The notes beneath the pieces were generated by a model. That model was not told the DNA's origin and made no database searches. It saw only the letters and a program-made list of their open reading frames with translations. A DNA stretch of 63,564 nucleotides, the filler included, from Reclinomonas americana ATCC 50394 (taxonomy: Eukaryota), in the NCBI GenBank assembly GCA_048213135.1. It is 17 parts of 17 records of this genome, joined end to end, with 100 filler letters (N's around TTAATTAATTAA, not from the genome) between each part and the next. Parts side by side here need not be neighbours in the genome. Positions count along the whole stretch, not along the records: positions 34,131 to 42,961 come from AFZH01022538.1; positions 43,062 to 45,707 come from AFZH01022539.1; positions 45,808 to 49,245 come from AFZH01022540.1; 14 more parts are not named here. One strand, given 5' to 3'. Position 1 is the first letter of the stretch, and each line of letters opens with the position of its first letter. This document shows positions 36,513 to 49,345 of the stretch, in pieces. The translations under genes were made by a program, and so were the position numbers.

Positions 36513-38666
36513 TCACTCCTCATCTCCGAATTCCTCATCGATGGTGTCAAGCATCTCCATCATGGCGTCAATGTCCACCACTCCGTTGCCGTTGTTCACA
36601 GGTGGCGGCGGTGCAACCACTGGTGCAAGGCGAGGCAAACCAAGCACACGGCTGGTCACACAAAAATAGTATGAAGTGAGGCACACGGTCCGCGGTTGTT
36701 CCATATGCATGAAAAAAAACACAAACCTGACGCGGCGATTGTACTCGACCACGGCGAACATGGGCTCGGTGAGCGCCTTGGGTGCCTCCGCCATGCCGAC
36801 TGGGTTGAACTTGAACGGGATCAGCGGGTACCCCATGACACCGGAAAAGTCCAGGCTCACCACTGACAGTAAATTATGAGTGCGCACAAAACAAGCATGT
36901 TGTGGGGGGAAGAAAAGGCGCAACAGTTGCCGAGGTAGCCAATGTGGGCGGCCGTGGGCAGCAGCGGCTGCACGCCGGTGCGTTGCCTGAGCGCGAGGTG
37001 CAGCAGCTTGCCGCTCTCAGCGTTCCACAGCGCCACAGTGTTCTTCAGAATGTGGGAGCTGGCTGACAGTTGCTGCGGACTGTATGTCGACGTGAAACGG
37101 TAGCCGAACTTGCCGCGGGTGGCGATCTTCGCCGGGTCCCACGTCACGTAGTTGTTGGCGTTGGCGACGGTGAACTCGGCCAGGTACTCGTCGAGCTTCG
37201 CCTGCTGTCCGTTGATGATGGTGGTCGGGTTGACACTGGTGCTGGTGCCGCCGTACTTCTTTGGCTCCTCTGCGCAACCTCATCGTGTGTGAGCATCGCA
37301 TGCATCGTCTGCGATCGGAGCAACAGGAAGCACTCACCGCGCTGGCGATTGAAGATGAACGCCTTGGGCTCCGTGGCTTGCAGCAGCGTGGCCAGCACCG
37401 GATCGTTGTTCGGCAGCAGTTGGTTGGTGTTGAACGGTGTAATCTCGTCGTCTGTCGCATCGCGCACGTCATGAGTGATTGGGAGAACACTGCAGCGGCG
37501 CACGCAGGTAATTACACACCCATCGGTTGCGTCTTGTCAGAGTCAATGTCGAAGATCATGATGACGGCGCCAGTCTGCAGGTTGTCGTTGTGGATCTGGC
37601 CGTACGCGAGGAGAAGAGGGTGAGCAAGTGGGCGAAGAGGCATGCACAGCAGTCGGTGGCGCAACTGCGTGCTGGCGGGCGCGGACACGAGCCAGAATCG
37701 TCTTGACTTTTGTGGCCGCTGCCAGAGGCACGGGACCACCGTCTGCACACACAACGATAGTACGTGAGCACGAGATCGCCCCAAACAAGTGGAGGGAGCA
37801 CGCACCTGTCTTTGAGCCAAACATGAAATCCGACAGCGCGCGGTTGTACTGCACGTTGTTGACCGTGTATGCCTCTCGCGTGCCAAGGTTCCTTGCGAAG
37901 TCCGCCATGGTGATGCCACTCAAGCGGAACCTGCGCGCGATCAATGAGTAGGGCATGGAGAGAGAGTTGTGTGTGTGTGTGTGGCCACCGCAACTTGATG
38001 TGCACGATCTCGCTCGAGTACGCCGTGAGGAACTTGATCAGTCCGCGCTTCACCTGCTGCCAGTTCTGACCGCCGAATCCGCCCAAGCCAGCCGAAAAGT
38101 GCTCAAACAGCCATTCACCTCCCTTTGCCTTCAGTCGTACATCAAACCAGCGCCATCCCGCGCACATCTCTACACTCATCGATCGCGAATGAGTGCATGA
38201 ACGCGCGCGCTGGTTTCTCTCTCCTCTCAAACAGACGCAACGCTGCTTGATGGTCAGCGCATGCGTGCGTGCCGAGCTGTCCTCCGCCGTCTTACCCGTC
38301 GTCTTGGCGCGGATAGGCGGGTACAAGCCCGCATCGTGACTGCCAGCAATGAGGATCTCATTCATGCGCAACTCCTTGAACCCCGCTCCCAGACGCCCCT
38401 GCACACACACGAGTGAGCCAGCACACATAGACGCATTATGAGAGCGACATGCACCATCCAATCAGGCATCTGCGCGCACAAAACGAGAAGAGTGTATCGT
38501 GTGAGTTGAGTGTGAGTGAGTGAGGGAAAACCACCACTCATTCGTTCGCAACGTTGCTTGGCGAGTCCGCTGTGTCGGCGAGGTTCGCCGGGCAGATCGC
38601 CTGCACCGCGCCCGCGCATGCCAACACCAACAAAACCACGAGGAAAAGCGCACTAAAACGCGACAT
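36513..38666 (-). CDS. Secreted PI-PLC X-domain (PLCXD/bacterial PI-PLC-like) phosphodiesterase
   Basis: Signal MSRFSALFLVVLLVLACAGAVQA; PDWM..LRMNEILIAGSHDAG..THALTIKQ..AGWRWFDVRL..FEH..FL..SEIV with both catalytic-type His; acidic C-terminus. Confidence 0.82.
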
Positions 38667-38800
38667 GCAAGCGCTCTCCAATAGACTAAAAGAACAATGA
38701 GAAAAAATATCCGCTCGCTCGCCCGCAGATATCCAAGATATCCGCGAGCATTTTGTTCTCTGTGTTGTTTGTTGTTTTGTCTTGTGTGTGTGTGCGCGCG

Positions 38801-39484
38801 ATGAGAGCGATTGCGTTGTTGGCGTTGGTGTTTGCACTGGTGGCATGCGTGGCGTGCGCAGAGCAGACTGAGGAGCAGTGGATGGACATGATGGAGCACT
38901 GTTGCGCCACACACACACACTCTCTCTCTCTCACACACACACCTGCTCACTCTTTCACGCAGTGTCTGACGAGCAAGACGAGCTGAAGGAGATGAGTGAC
39001 GACGTGCAAGTGTTTGCGCGCGCAGGAGTCGTCACTGGGCCCTATGCTGTGCAAAAGCGCGGTGGCAACTTTGACTCCAAGTGGCAAGATCGACGACTGT
39101 GGCTGGTCGACATGGGCGCGGGCCAGTTGCAGGATGGAGCGCGCTATCTCATTCGCTGGTCCTCTCTCTCTCTCTCTCTCTCTCTTCGTCTATGCACTCT
39201 TGCCCGCCTTCTCCTCATTGCTCACTGCGCACAGGTACAAGGAGGACAAGACGAGCGGGCTCTTTGGTCAGAAGACGCCCAAGCACTTGCCGCTGAAGGA
39301 TACGCAGACGTACCCGTGGCATTACTTCAAGACGGCGGATGACTCGATTGTGGTGGTGGTGCCGGGCGGCGCCGATCCGTACGAGTACAAGGCCGATCCG
39401 AATGCGCCTGGTGGTGATTTCGGGGCGGTGCTGACCTTCCTGCAGACGGCACGTGCCAACCTCGCCATGCCTGTGCGTCAATGA
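38801..39484 (+). CDS. Small secreted protein with a PH-like domain
   Basis: Signal MRAIALLALVFALVACVACA; acidic segment; VQKRGGNFDSKWQDRRLWLV..LIRWYKEDK..TPKHLPL..IVVVVPGG..YEYKAD..VLTFLQTA follows the PH-fold pattern; two GT-AG introns. Confidence 0.65.
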
Positions 39485-39554
39485 GACGATAGGGACAAGG
39501 CGTATCCTCTTGCGAGAGAGAGTGAAGTGTGGCGCATTGTTCTTCATTCTGTTC

Positions 39555-42500
39555 TTACGATGTGGCGGGCATGCCGATGACCACCCATGTGACATAGGTC
39601 TCGTCGATGCCGGCGCCGCTGGTGGGTGTGACTGTCAGCTGTCCGTAGTTGCCGGCCGAGGCGAAGCCTTGTGCGGCAACGGCTCCACTCGGTGGCACAG
39701 CGGGATTCACTGACAGGGCCGCCACAGCCAACGTCTTCCATCCGCGCAGGAACAGAGCAGTCTTGAAGTCGGTCGACTTCAGCCCAAACGGCGTCTGTGT
39801 GGTGATCAGTGACACCACCACAGCGGCATTGCTGGCGTGCGTGGTTTCTGCGCGGAGGCGGTGTGGGAAACAAAAGTAACAGCAAAAAGAAAGGAGCGAC
39901 CCAACACGCACCTCCCGACAGCATCACATAGCCGCTGTTGTTGTCCTTTGGTACCGTCGCCGAGCCAATCACAAGCGAGCGGAACTCCATCGATTGCATG
40001 CGGCAATCGGTGCGCACTGTCATTTTGACCTCGGTGGAGCCGGCCGACACCGATCCCAGCGACACCTCAAAATTGTCGGACCGCACGTCGCTGGCAGACG
40101 ATCCTGTCCGCAGCGTGTTGACGGCCGTCAGCGCGAGTGCCACCGACGGTGTCGTGCTGAACCCAAACTTGTTGTTGTTGACCAGCGTCTGCAAGGCGAA
40201 CGCGCGGTTTTGTTAGATTATATTCACACGCTCTCCTGTGCAGCGCAGTCCATTACCTGCAAGGCGTTCTTGTTCGTGGCGAGGCCGAGCCACTGATTGC
40301 GCTGACTGGCCTTCACGTCCACGTTGTCGATGGTGTATGCGTACGTCGCGTCAATATACGTTGCAATGTAGTCTGCGCGACGATAGTGAGGCGAAATGGA
40401 CGCGCCGTGCCGTTGTTGGTTGATGGGGAACGCAACTGGTGATGAGCGTGGTGAACTGAGCACCACTGACAGCCGTGCACACCAGGGACATGCGCTGCAT
40501 GGAGATGGTGGGCAGCGCACAGCGAAGGTTGGTGTCGCCCTGCGAGGTGTTGCTGAGGGTGGTGACGCCGATGAGAACGCGAGGGATGCCGGGGAAGGCC
40601 CTTGCGAAATTGTGCGTAATGGACACTGATCGGTTCCCGGAGCCGGTGCTCAGCTGAGACCAACAAGGTCAGCTTGACATACGTGTATGTCTCGAACCGA
40701 CAAGTTGCCACTCACCGTAGTTCCCGCCTGATTCGTGGTCACTGTGGATACCTGCGTGAGCATGCCCGACGTCACTCGTGCCTTGCTGTTCGATGCCACC
40801 GCGTATGTTCCGCCTGGGGACATGGCGACACACAGAATAAAGTCCGCGGCCTGCGAGGTGGTGACCGACACGGTGTACTCGTTGCAGGCTTGGGATCCGC
40901 TGCTGAGCAGACACGAGTCGGCGTCGTACACGCCCGCTTGATACGTATTCAGTGTGACGAGCGACGCTGCAGGCCAGCAGACACGGTCAGCAGCGCTGCA
41001 GTCACGGCGAAACAACGCAGCGACGACGCACAAGCAGCAGAGGCGCATGACAATCCCGCCGAGTAGTCCACTGCCTTGAATCGCGTGCAACTCGTGAATG
41101 ACTTGTTGGATGACACGATTTTCACCGCCGTGGCCGTCGACAGTGGCACGTACGACGGTGAAACGAAACCGATTTCCGGTGCCACAAGCGGAGTGATGGT
41201 GAAGGCGACGCCGAGAGGGACGTATGTACCGTCTTGGAAGCTGTGTGATTGACGAAGCGAGGAAGTTGCATGTGAGCAGCAGCGTGGAAACTCGCAGGTA
41301 CACGTGCGCACACGAACCGCACACAAATCTGGTACGTCTGCGCGGTGGCCAACGTACACGTGTTTGTCGTCACTCCCGACACGGTCGACAAGGTCGCCGC
41401 AATTTGCGTGCGTGTCACTCGGAGCGACGACAAAAATGTCAGGGCCAAGTCCAGCGACGCACATGTCGCCGACGTGGACAAGAAGATGGAAGAGGAAGAG
41501 CCGCCGGGTGTCGATGGATGTGTGCCGCTGGCCGACGTCGCGGCCAGCTGGGGGAAGTTGTTGCCTTGGATCACCACTGGCTGCGACAGCAGGCCTTGCA
41601 TCACAGAAGAAGGCTTGGCGGACAGCGCTTCATCTGGAGTGACACGGTGTGAGACCTCCTATGCAGAGGCGTGAAGCTGGTGACGAAAAAGTGAACGCAA
41701 CAGATGGCAATCTTGGCCATGACATAGGAGCCGGTGAACTCGGCCGCCGACACGCACAAGTATTGCGTCACATAGGAGGGCTGCCCAGTGGCGTCGAACA
41801 CAAACACCATCTGGTAGTTGGTCGTAACCGTGGTGATCGTGGGTCCGGTCATCACAGTATTGACAGTGCCGGTGCAATCAGAGTTGGCGCGCATGTTGAA
41901 CGTGACGGTGGCGATGGTGAACGGGAGGCTCGCGGTGGCAATGGTGAGGTACACGGTCTGCGATATGCCGGCTCGAATACCAACGGTGGACGTCGAGGTG
42001 GGGTCCGATACTGCGCATGGTCGTGAGCGCACAATGGTCCAGTAAGGAAACAACGATGAGACCCACCCAGAGTCGACGTGTTGCCGGTCTCCACCGTGTA
42101 CGACGTGGACACAGTCGACAGCGAGAAGGTTGGACGGGCCACTGCGTTGATTGAACACAGCGCACAGGATTAGCACTGCCCCACGACTGTACACAGCAGA
42201 GGCTGCTCATCGATATGCACGCACATACAGTGAGCTGTCCACCATTCGACTTGGAGAAGGAACTCATTCCCGTAAACGTTCCGGCATATTGCACACTACA
42301 TCGGGATTCTCTCTGTCAATTCTCACGAGCGACCACGAAAATGGATCACGTGGAACGCACCACACAGCATATGAGCCCGCAGGAATGCTGTAGTCCGACG
42401 ACGTGACCAGCGTGTTGAGACGCGCCGAGGCGACGCCAGCAAATGCGTACGGTCGCAGCAAGTAGCCCGTGAGGATCTGGTTGTTGCACGTGGTACCGGA

Positions 42501-42758
42501 GACCAGCCGTACAGCATCAGTGGCCAGCAATCCGTGTCCAGTCAGCGTCAGGAACACTCCTGCTAGCTGACCGGTGATGGTGGTGGGACTGAAGGAGTCC
42601 GACACGGCCGCTGCGAAAGCATACAACGAGTTCAGAATACACACACACACAGAGGAAAAGAGTGCAGGGTACTAGCGCACTGATAATGTACGGAGACGCA
42701 ATCGAGTTGATCAGGGAGAGCGGATAGCCGACAAAGTCCGTGTATCGAATGCTGCACA

Positions 42759-42851
<93 letters not shown>

Positions 42852-43175
42852 CGTAGTAGTAGTACGTAACGAAGTAACGTACGTACGTTACGGTAGGTGT
42901 ACGACGAACGGACGGACGACCGACACGAGTAGTCGGTACGGTACGGTACGGCCGGGTACGGNNNNNNNNNNNNNNNNNNNNNNNNNNNNNNNNNNNNNNN
43001 NNNNNTTAATTAATTAANNNNNNNNNNNNNNNNNNNNNNNNNNNNNNNNNNNNNNNNNNNNCGTCGACGAATATACGTAACGGACGAACGACGACGTACG
43101 TAGTAGTACGAGGAGACGGAGAGACGACGAACGAACGTACGTACGTACGTAACGTACGTACGTACGTCACACAAC

Positions 43176-43258
<83 letters not shown>

Positions 43259-45123
43259 CCACGCATGAGTTGTCAAAGGTAAGCAATTCGGAGGTTGTGC
43301 AGAAGGCGACGCACCAGATGGCGTAGTAGCCGGCGGGGATCTTGTTATTGGCTGTCTTCATGGTCAACACCCGAGAGCCGACGCCGCCGGTGTACGACAC
43401 CATGGTCAGCTGGAACGACGTGCCGGTATTGCAGTGGAGACTGACATGGGAGCCGGGAATCAGGTACACATCGTCGGTGGATTTCAGCGCCGGGCCGGAG
43501 AGGGCGATCTGCACATCGGCCGTCTCCGACACAATGGTGGATGGCGTGTAGCTGTTGATTGTCGGCACTGCAATATGGGAAGCTCGTAAGAATCGAGAAG
43601 TGCCCTCAAACGAATACAAGAGGCAGGAAAATCACCAGCCAGAACTCGCTGACTGGTTCCGACCGCGTAGAATGTGCCACCGGTCGGGAACTGCAGCTGG
43701 ACGCTGCGCAGATGCGGAACGCACGTGCGTGAGGAGATGCATATGTGGTGGCGATACAAATGCACGCGCTGACTCACCAGACGGTAAAGGCGCCGGGAGG
43801 AATGGTGTTGGTGGACGTCGTGGCAATGATGGTGCGAGCACCTTGTGACCCCGCTCGGCTGCCGGTGCTGGTTGCGTACGTGGTGCTACCGGGGCAGCTT
43901 GTGCCAGCCACGATGGTGACGGTGTCGACAAGCAGGCCGTGACCGGTGATGGTGATCTGCTGGCCCGCGGTCTCCGCAATAATTGTGCCCGGCGAGAAGC
44001 CATTCAGCGTCTCCACTGACGGTCACGCATTCAGAACGATCGTGGGACACACACACAATGCCAAACGACAAGACCACACACACCGACGGTGAGTTGGGTG
44101 CCAGAAGCGAGAACAAACGTGCCGGTGTAGTAGTATCGGATGCTGCAGCGCACACGTGAGTTTGAGTGCACACCACTCACACACTTGTGATATGAGAATG
44201 CAACGCACCACAGGTAGTAGAGGCCAGCAGGGACACTTGTGTCGGTCGTGCCTGCGCTGAGTACACGTGCCGTCGCCACGCCCTGGATCGTCGACAGCGT
44301 CGACAAAACGTATGTGCTGCCGCCGCACACGTTGGTGGTGGCCAGCTCGACAACATCGCCATTGGTCAGACCGTGGCCAGTGAGAAACACGTACTGGCCG
44401 ACGGTTTCCGAATCGAAGGTGCCGGGTGCCTGAGTGTACGACTCGACGGTTCCCGCTGCGCGCGCACACTCGCAATAATCAGCGATCGAGTGTGCTCATG
44501 ATCAGCAGTTGCCTGTGGGCGCACGTACCGACGGTCAGTGGGCCACCAGAAACCTCACTCCAACCTCCATCTCCGTCATAGTCGATACTGCAGACGCACA
44601 CGCGTGAGAGGAGATCTGCATGAGGGGGGACAAGAGACAACATGCACACAAGCAGCGTTACCATACTCGGTACAGTCCAGAGCCGAGACCTGTGCCAGAG
44701 ACAGTGGCCGTCTCCGAGTTGCCACTGCCGGAGACAGAAAGAGCAGTACCAGACCCGTCACAGCCTCCACTGCTCTGCAGCTTCAATCGTACTGCGTCGG
44801 TGCCGAAGAAGCTGAGAAACGTGCCATTGATAGTGATCTGCGCGCCATTTGTCTCAGAGTTGATCGAGGATGGATTGAAGCCGGTAGCCGCGGCAGCCAC
44901 TGTCACAAGACACACACGAGGGTGAGTGAGATGCGCACAGAGAGTGCGTGCATGTGTGTGTGAGAGAGAGGGAGCGACAATCACCTCCATGGATCACTGT
45001 GCGAGAGAGTTGCGAGTGAGTTGATGTCGGCAAGAAGCACACAGAAGGCCAGTGACACTTACCAGTGGCGAGTGACACCAGTGCGAGGAGCACCAGTGGT
45101 GCCCACGCGTGCGCTCTCCGCAT
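39555..45123 (-). CDS. Large secreted protein with at least 5 IPT/TIG-like repeats and a C-terminal H-type-lectin-like region; spans a linker
   Basis: Signal MRRAHAWAPLVLLALVSLA; repeats FSP.TI..ET.G.QITITGHGL..D.V.L..G.Y.VWC; HNFARAFPGIPRVLIGVTTL..NLR resembles an H-type lectin. Confidence 0.65.
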
Positions 45124-45463
45124 AATCCGTGAAGAAAAGGACAGAGTGCGGTTTTCGCGCCAAAAATCAACCAAACTGTGAAGTTGGACGTGGTCGGTGC
45201 AAGACACCGATTATGATAAGAGAGGCAGGAGAGGTGGCAGCTGAAGAGATAATGGTGGGAGAAACAGCGATGAAGCAGCTGCGAAGGGGTTACTGTGAAC
45301 GAGAAAATCGATATCGCGACGTCGACGTTGTGTTTGCGGTAAAGCTTCTTGTGCACTACAAACGCCTCAGTGCCACCTTTACGCGACACTGATCTGCGAC
45401 ACTGACCACTCGTGCATGAAGACCCTCCACGTGTCCTGCACGTCTCAATTTCGTTCCGCACAC

Positions 45464-45819
45464 ATGCAACACTCGAGCGCAGGTGTCACACAGCAATCAG
45501 CGCAGTTCCGCGAACGCTGGGAACGCGATGCTCCACTGAGCGAGTCACAGACTGTGCTCTTGCATCGACTGGAGGAGCACAGCTCTGCGCTCACAGGTCG
45601 CACAACAACAACAACAACAACAACAGCGACCGCGCACTCAGTGAGATACGCCACTGTAGACGCCTTCCTGGAGGCTCTTCAGCAGCAGCGCGCGGGAACT
45701 TCAGCGCNNNNNNNNNNNNNNNNNNNNNNNNNNNNNNNNNNNNNNNNNNNNTTAATTAATTAANNNNNNNNNNNNNNNNNNNNNNNNNNNNNNNNNNNNN
45801 NNNNNNNGGTGGTTCGTCG

Positions 45820-45896
<77 letters not shown>

Positions 45897-48366
45897 GCAG
45901 GAACGATTGCGCGCAGTGGTGCAGAGCGTGGAGGAGCGCCTGAAGCACTTTGAGGTGCTCAATCGTGTCACGCGCGAGCTGTCGGGTGCGTCGGCACTGT
46001 CGCTGCTGACACTGGAGCGACCGACGCACGCGCGGCGAGATAGCGACACCGAGTCGGTGGCCTCGAATGCCTCGTCGACTGCGGCGAGTGCCGGTGCATC
46101 GACGGGCCCGTCGTTCCCCCTCAAGCGATTGCTGCGCAAGTTGGATGCGGCGGTCAACTACATGCTGACCAACAGCGCCTTTAGCGAGAGCGGTGGCTAC
46201 CTGGCCAAGCTGCGCACGGTGCAGTCGCGGTGCTTGGCGCTCCTGCGCGATCACGTCACCAGCCAGGTTCGTGAGCTCACCGAGCAGCTGCAACGCGAGT
46301 CGAAGCCGGCCGGCGGACCCGGTTCGTTGGTGCGGCGGCGCTCGTCGCAGTCTGTCACTGCCGCGGCGGGTGCATCTGCGGGGAATGCAGCCGGCAGCGG
46401 CGAGGATCCCATGGCGCCGCGAGAGGGCGGACGTCTGGTCGTCAGCGGCGGTGAACGGTACGAGAGTCCGCTTCCTGTCTCCCGTTTCTTTTCCATTCTC
46501 AACTCCCTCCAGCGATACATCGGCCGTGCAGTACGTGCGTTTCCGCGCACTGGCCCAGCGCATGCGCCCGCTGATTGAGGAGATGGAGCGGCGCGCCTCA
46601 CGGCGTGAACACGCCCTCTACCTGGAGGATGTGTTCGAGGCGTTTGTCATGTGCCGACGCGGTCTGCTGGCACCCACGCTGGCGGCGCGCATGGACTCGC
46701 TGAAGATGCTGGAGCACGACTTGCCGTCGGTGGTGCGCGACGGATGCCTGATGGTGCTGAACGTGGCGGCGCACGAGAGCGACTTGTGCGCGCAGTTTTT
46801 TTCGTCGCCCAACTTGAAGGAGTCGACGCAGTTGCGTTTGCCGCAGCTGGTGCAGCTGCTTTCTTCATGTGATAGTCTCTCACCTCCAACGACAGCGCCT
46901 TCCTGGCCGAGGTGTGCCGCGAGCTGCAGAGCTGTCTGCGCCCGCTTATCATTCGGCAGCACTCTGTCGACGCGCTGTGTGCGGCCATTCGTGTGCTGCG
47001 CTCGGAAATCATGCTCCACTGCAGCGCGCCCGCTGCGTCTTCCGTGGACGCCGCGAGCGGCGCCCCCGCCTCGTCGTCTGCAGTTGTGTGACGATAAGCA
47101 GTGCTTCCACTTCTTGGTAGATGTAGTGTTCTGACTCGCGGACACGCACAGGGCGCACCGGCGGCCTTCTCGGCCAGTGTCGGCGGCGTGCTCACCGAGC
47201 TGCAGGAGCGACTCATTTTTGTCGCCGAGCGCTTTGTGGAGACGCGCATTGCTGGTTTTGTGCCGCCCTCCAATCTGGAGCGCTTCCGCCGACCATCCGA
47301 TCAGCTGGCGGCGCAGGCGGCCAAACGCTGGAAGTCGGAGACGTGGGACGACGACGACGACGGCTACGACGATCTTGATGGAGGCAATGGTGGTGGTGGA
47401 GGAGTAGAGGGAGGAGGTGGTGGTGGTGGTGGCGGCGACGGAGGCGACGGAGGCGAGGCAGCGTGCAACTGGTATCCGACGCTGCTGCGTACGCTGGAGC
47501 TGTTGAGCAAAATCTATCGGAGTCTGGAGGTGCGCACGTTCGAGAGCATTGCGCAGGAGGCGGTGCAGATTTGCACATCGACGCTGGTCGACATTAGCGA
47601 AAAGGTGGCGGCGCAACTCGGCGAAGTGCAGGCGCACCTCTTTCTCATTTCGCACCTGCTGTGCTTGCGAGAGCACCTATCGACGTTTCAGGTGGATTTC
47701 GCCAGGTTGGTGCTGTCGCACGCGTACGCACACACACACACGTGCGCTTGCTTTTGCTCACTACGTGAACTCCCCCGCAGCACCGAGTACGTGCTGGATT
47801 TTACGCACGTTCCCGAGGTGTTTTCGCGACTGCTGCGCGGCGACAGCCAGTCGCTGCTGGCCGAAGGCGTGTGGGGTCTCGTCTATCGCACCGGCGTGCA
47901 ACTGACGCAGGCGAGCTCCGATTCGAAAAAGGACTTGGAGCGGGCGTTGAAGCTGCGCTGCGAGTCGTTCATGATGATGGCCACACGCGCCGCCATCGGG
48001 CCGCTCCTCAACCACTTGTCGCGCCTGACGGCCGCCAAGGAGGCCGGCCAGCACGAGGTGTTTGAGGCGCTGCTGCGTCGCGAACGTGTGACCGAGGTGC
48101 TGCGTGATGTGCGCGACGACGGTCTCTCCACGCAGTTGCGGCAGGTGTATCAGCACATGTCGGTGCATTTGACGGACGCGGTGACCAAGAGCATCTTGTT
48201 GCGACCGGTGCGCTGCAACATCGTCGACTCGTTCGACCAGCTGGTCAGCTTTGCCGAGAGTCGCCTGCCCGACCTCTCCGCCAACGGCACCACGCCCGAG
48301 GGCGAGGAGCCGCTGCCGCTCAATCGCCTCTCGCTCGTCACCCTCCTCGATCAGGCGCTCTCATGA
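45464..48366 (+). CDS. COG3: Conserved oligomeric Golgi complex subunit 3 (Sec34)
   Basis: LRKLDAAVNYM..YLAKLRTVQSRCL, YVRFRA, QERLIF, WYPTLLRTLELLSKIYR..FESIAQEAV, HLFLISHLLCLRE, DSKKDLERALK..CE. Confidence 0.93.
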
Positions 48367-48422
48367 GCCCCGACAAAGGGGAATGAATGAATGTTGTTGG
48401 GGTTTTTGTTGATTCATTTCTC

Positions 48423-48880
48423 TCACAGCGTCTCAACCAAGTGCTGCATGTCCTGGAACTGCTTGGCCACATCGTAAAACTGCGCCAGCGACAACTCGGC
48501 CGTGTGTCGCTGCAACTGCCCGTCGGCATCGGCCACCGTAAACGACAGCGTCACCGACGGCTCCCGCAGACCCGCACACCGCGACGACGCCAGCGACACC
48601 TGCAACTGATAATCGACCGCCTGCAACCGCGCAATGGCGAATCCCACTCCCTCCGCATCGTCGGCGTCGTCGCCGACCTCGGCCTCGTCCCACACGCGCT
48701 TCAGCATGGGCAGGAAGTCGGTCGAGGTGGCACTCTTGTCGCGCACGCGCGTCAAGTACGCGCCGACTGCCGCCTCGGCGTTGCCGGCGCCCTGCGATTG
48801 TACCGCCAGGGTCAAGCCGCGGTAGATGAATGAGACGGTGTTGATGGCCGACTGCAGTTGGTCGTGCGTGATGTCCTCCT
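48423..48880 (-). CDS. COMMD6: COMM-domain protein, COMMD6-like; 5' partial
   Basis: RLQAVDYQLQVSLASSRCAGLREPSVTLSFTVADADGQLQRHTAELSLAQFYDVAKQFQDMQHLVETL closely follows the COMMD6 C-terminus as recalled (SSDTCRSL.YP.V..KVAD.SG..EMTIPQFQNF..QFKEIA.VIETV). Confidence 0.75.
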
Positions 48881-49187
48881 GCGGGAGAGGGAAGAAGGGG
48901 GTGAGAAGGAGGAGCGGGAAGGGGTGAGAAGGAGGAGCGGGAAGGGGTGAGGAGGAGGAGGAGGAGGATGAAGATGACGACGAAGAAGAAAGAGAAGGAA
49001 GAAGAGGCAGAGGCAGAAGAAGAAGAAGAGGAAGGAGAAGAAGGAGATGAAGATGAAGATGAAGATGATTATGATGAAGAAGAACAAGAACAAGAAGAAC
49101 AAGAAGGAGAAGAAGAAGAAGAAGAAGAAGAAGAAGAGAGAGAGAGAGAGAGAGAGAAGAAGAAGAAGAAGAAGAAGAGAAGAGAGA

Positions 49188-49245
<58 letters not shown>

Positions 49246-49345
49246 NNNNNNNNNNNNNNNNNNNNNNNNNNNNNNNNNNNNNNNNNNNNTTAATTAATTA
49301 ANNNNNNNNNNNNNNNNNNNNNNNNNNNNNNNNNNNNNNNNNNNN

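Noticed and set aside
42849..43170. Odd TACG/GTAC-rich sequence beside (CA)n runs (also 25710-25790 and 25920-25995)
   Set aside because: Sits at contig ends just past microsatellites and looks like out-of-phase pyrosequencing noise, not biology
48947..49245. Poly-Glu/Lys ORFs on the plus strand
   Set aside because: Reverse complement of the pyrimidine-rich intron upstream of the COMMD exon
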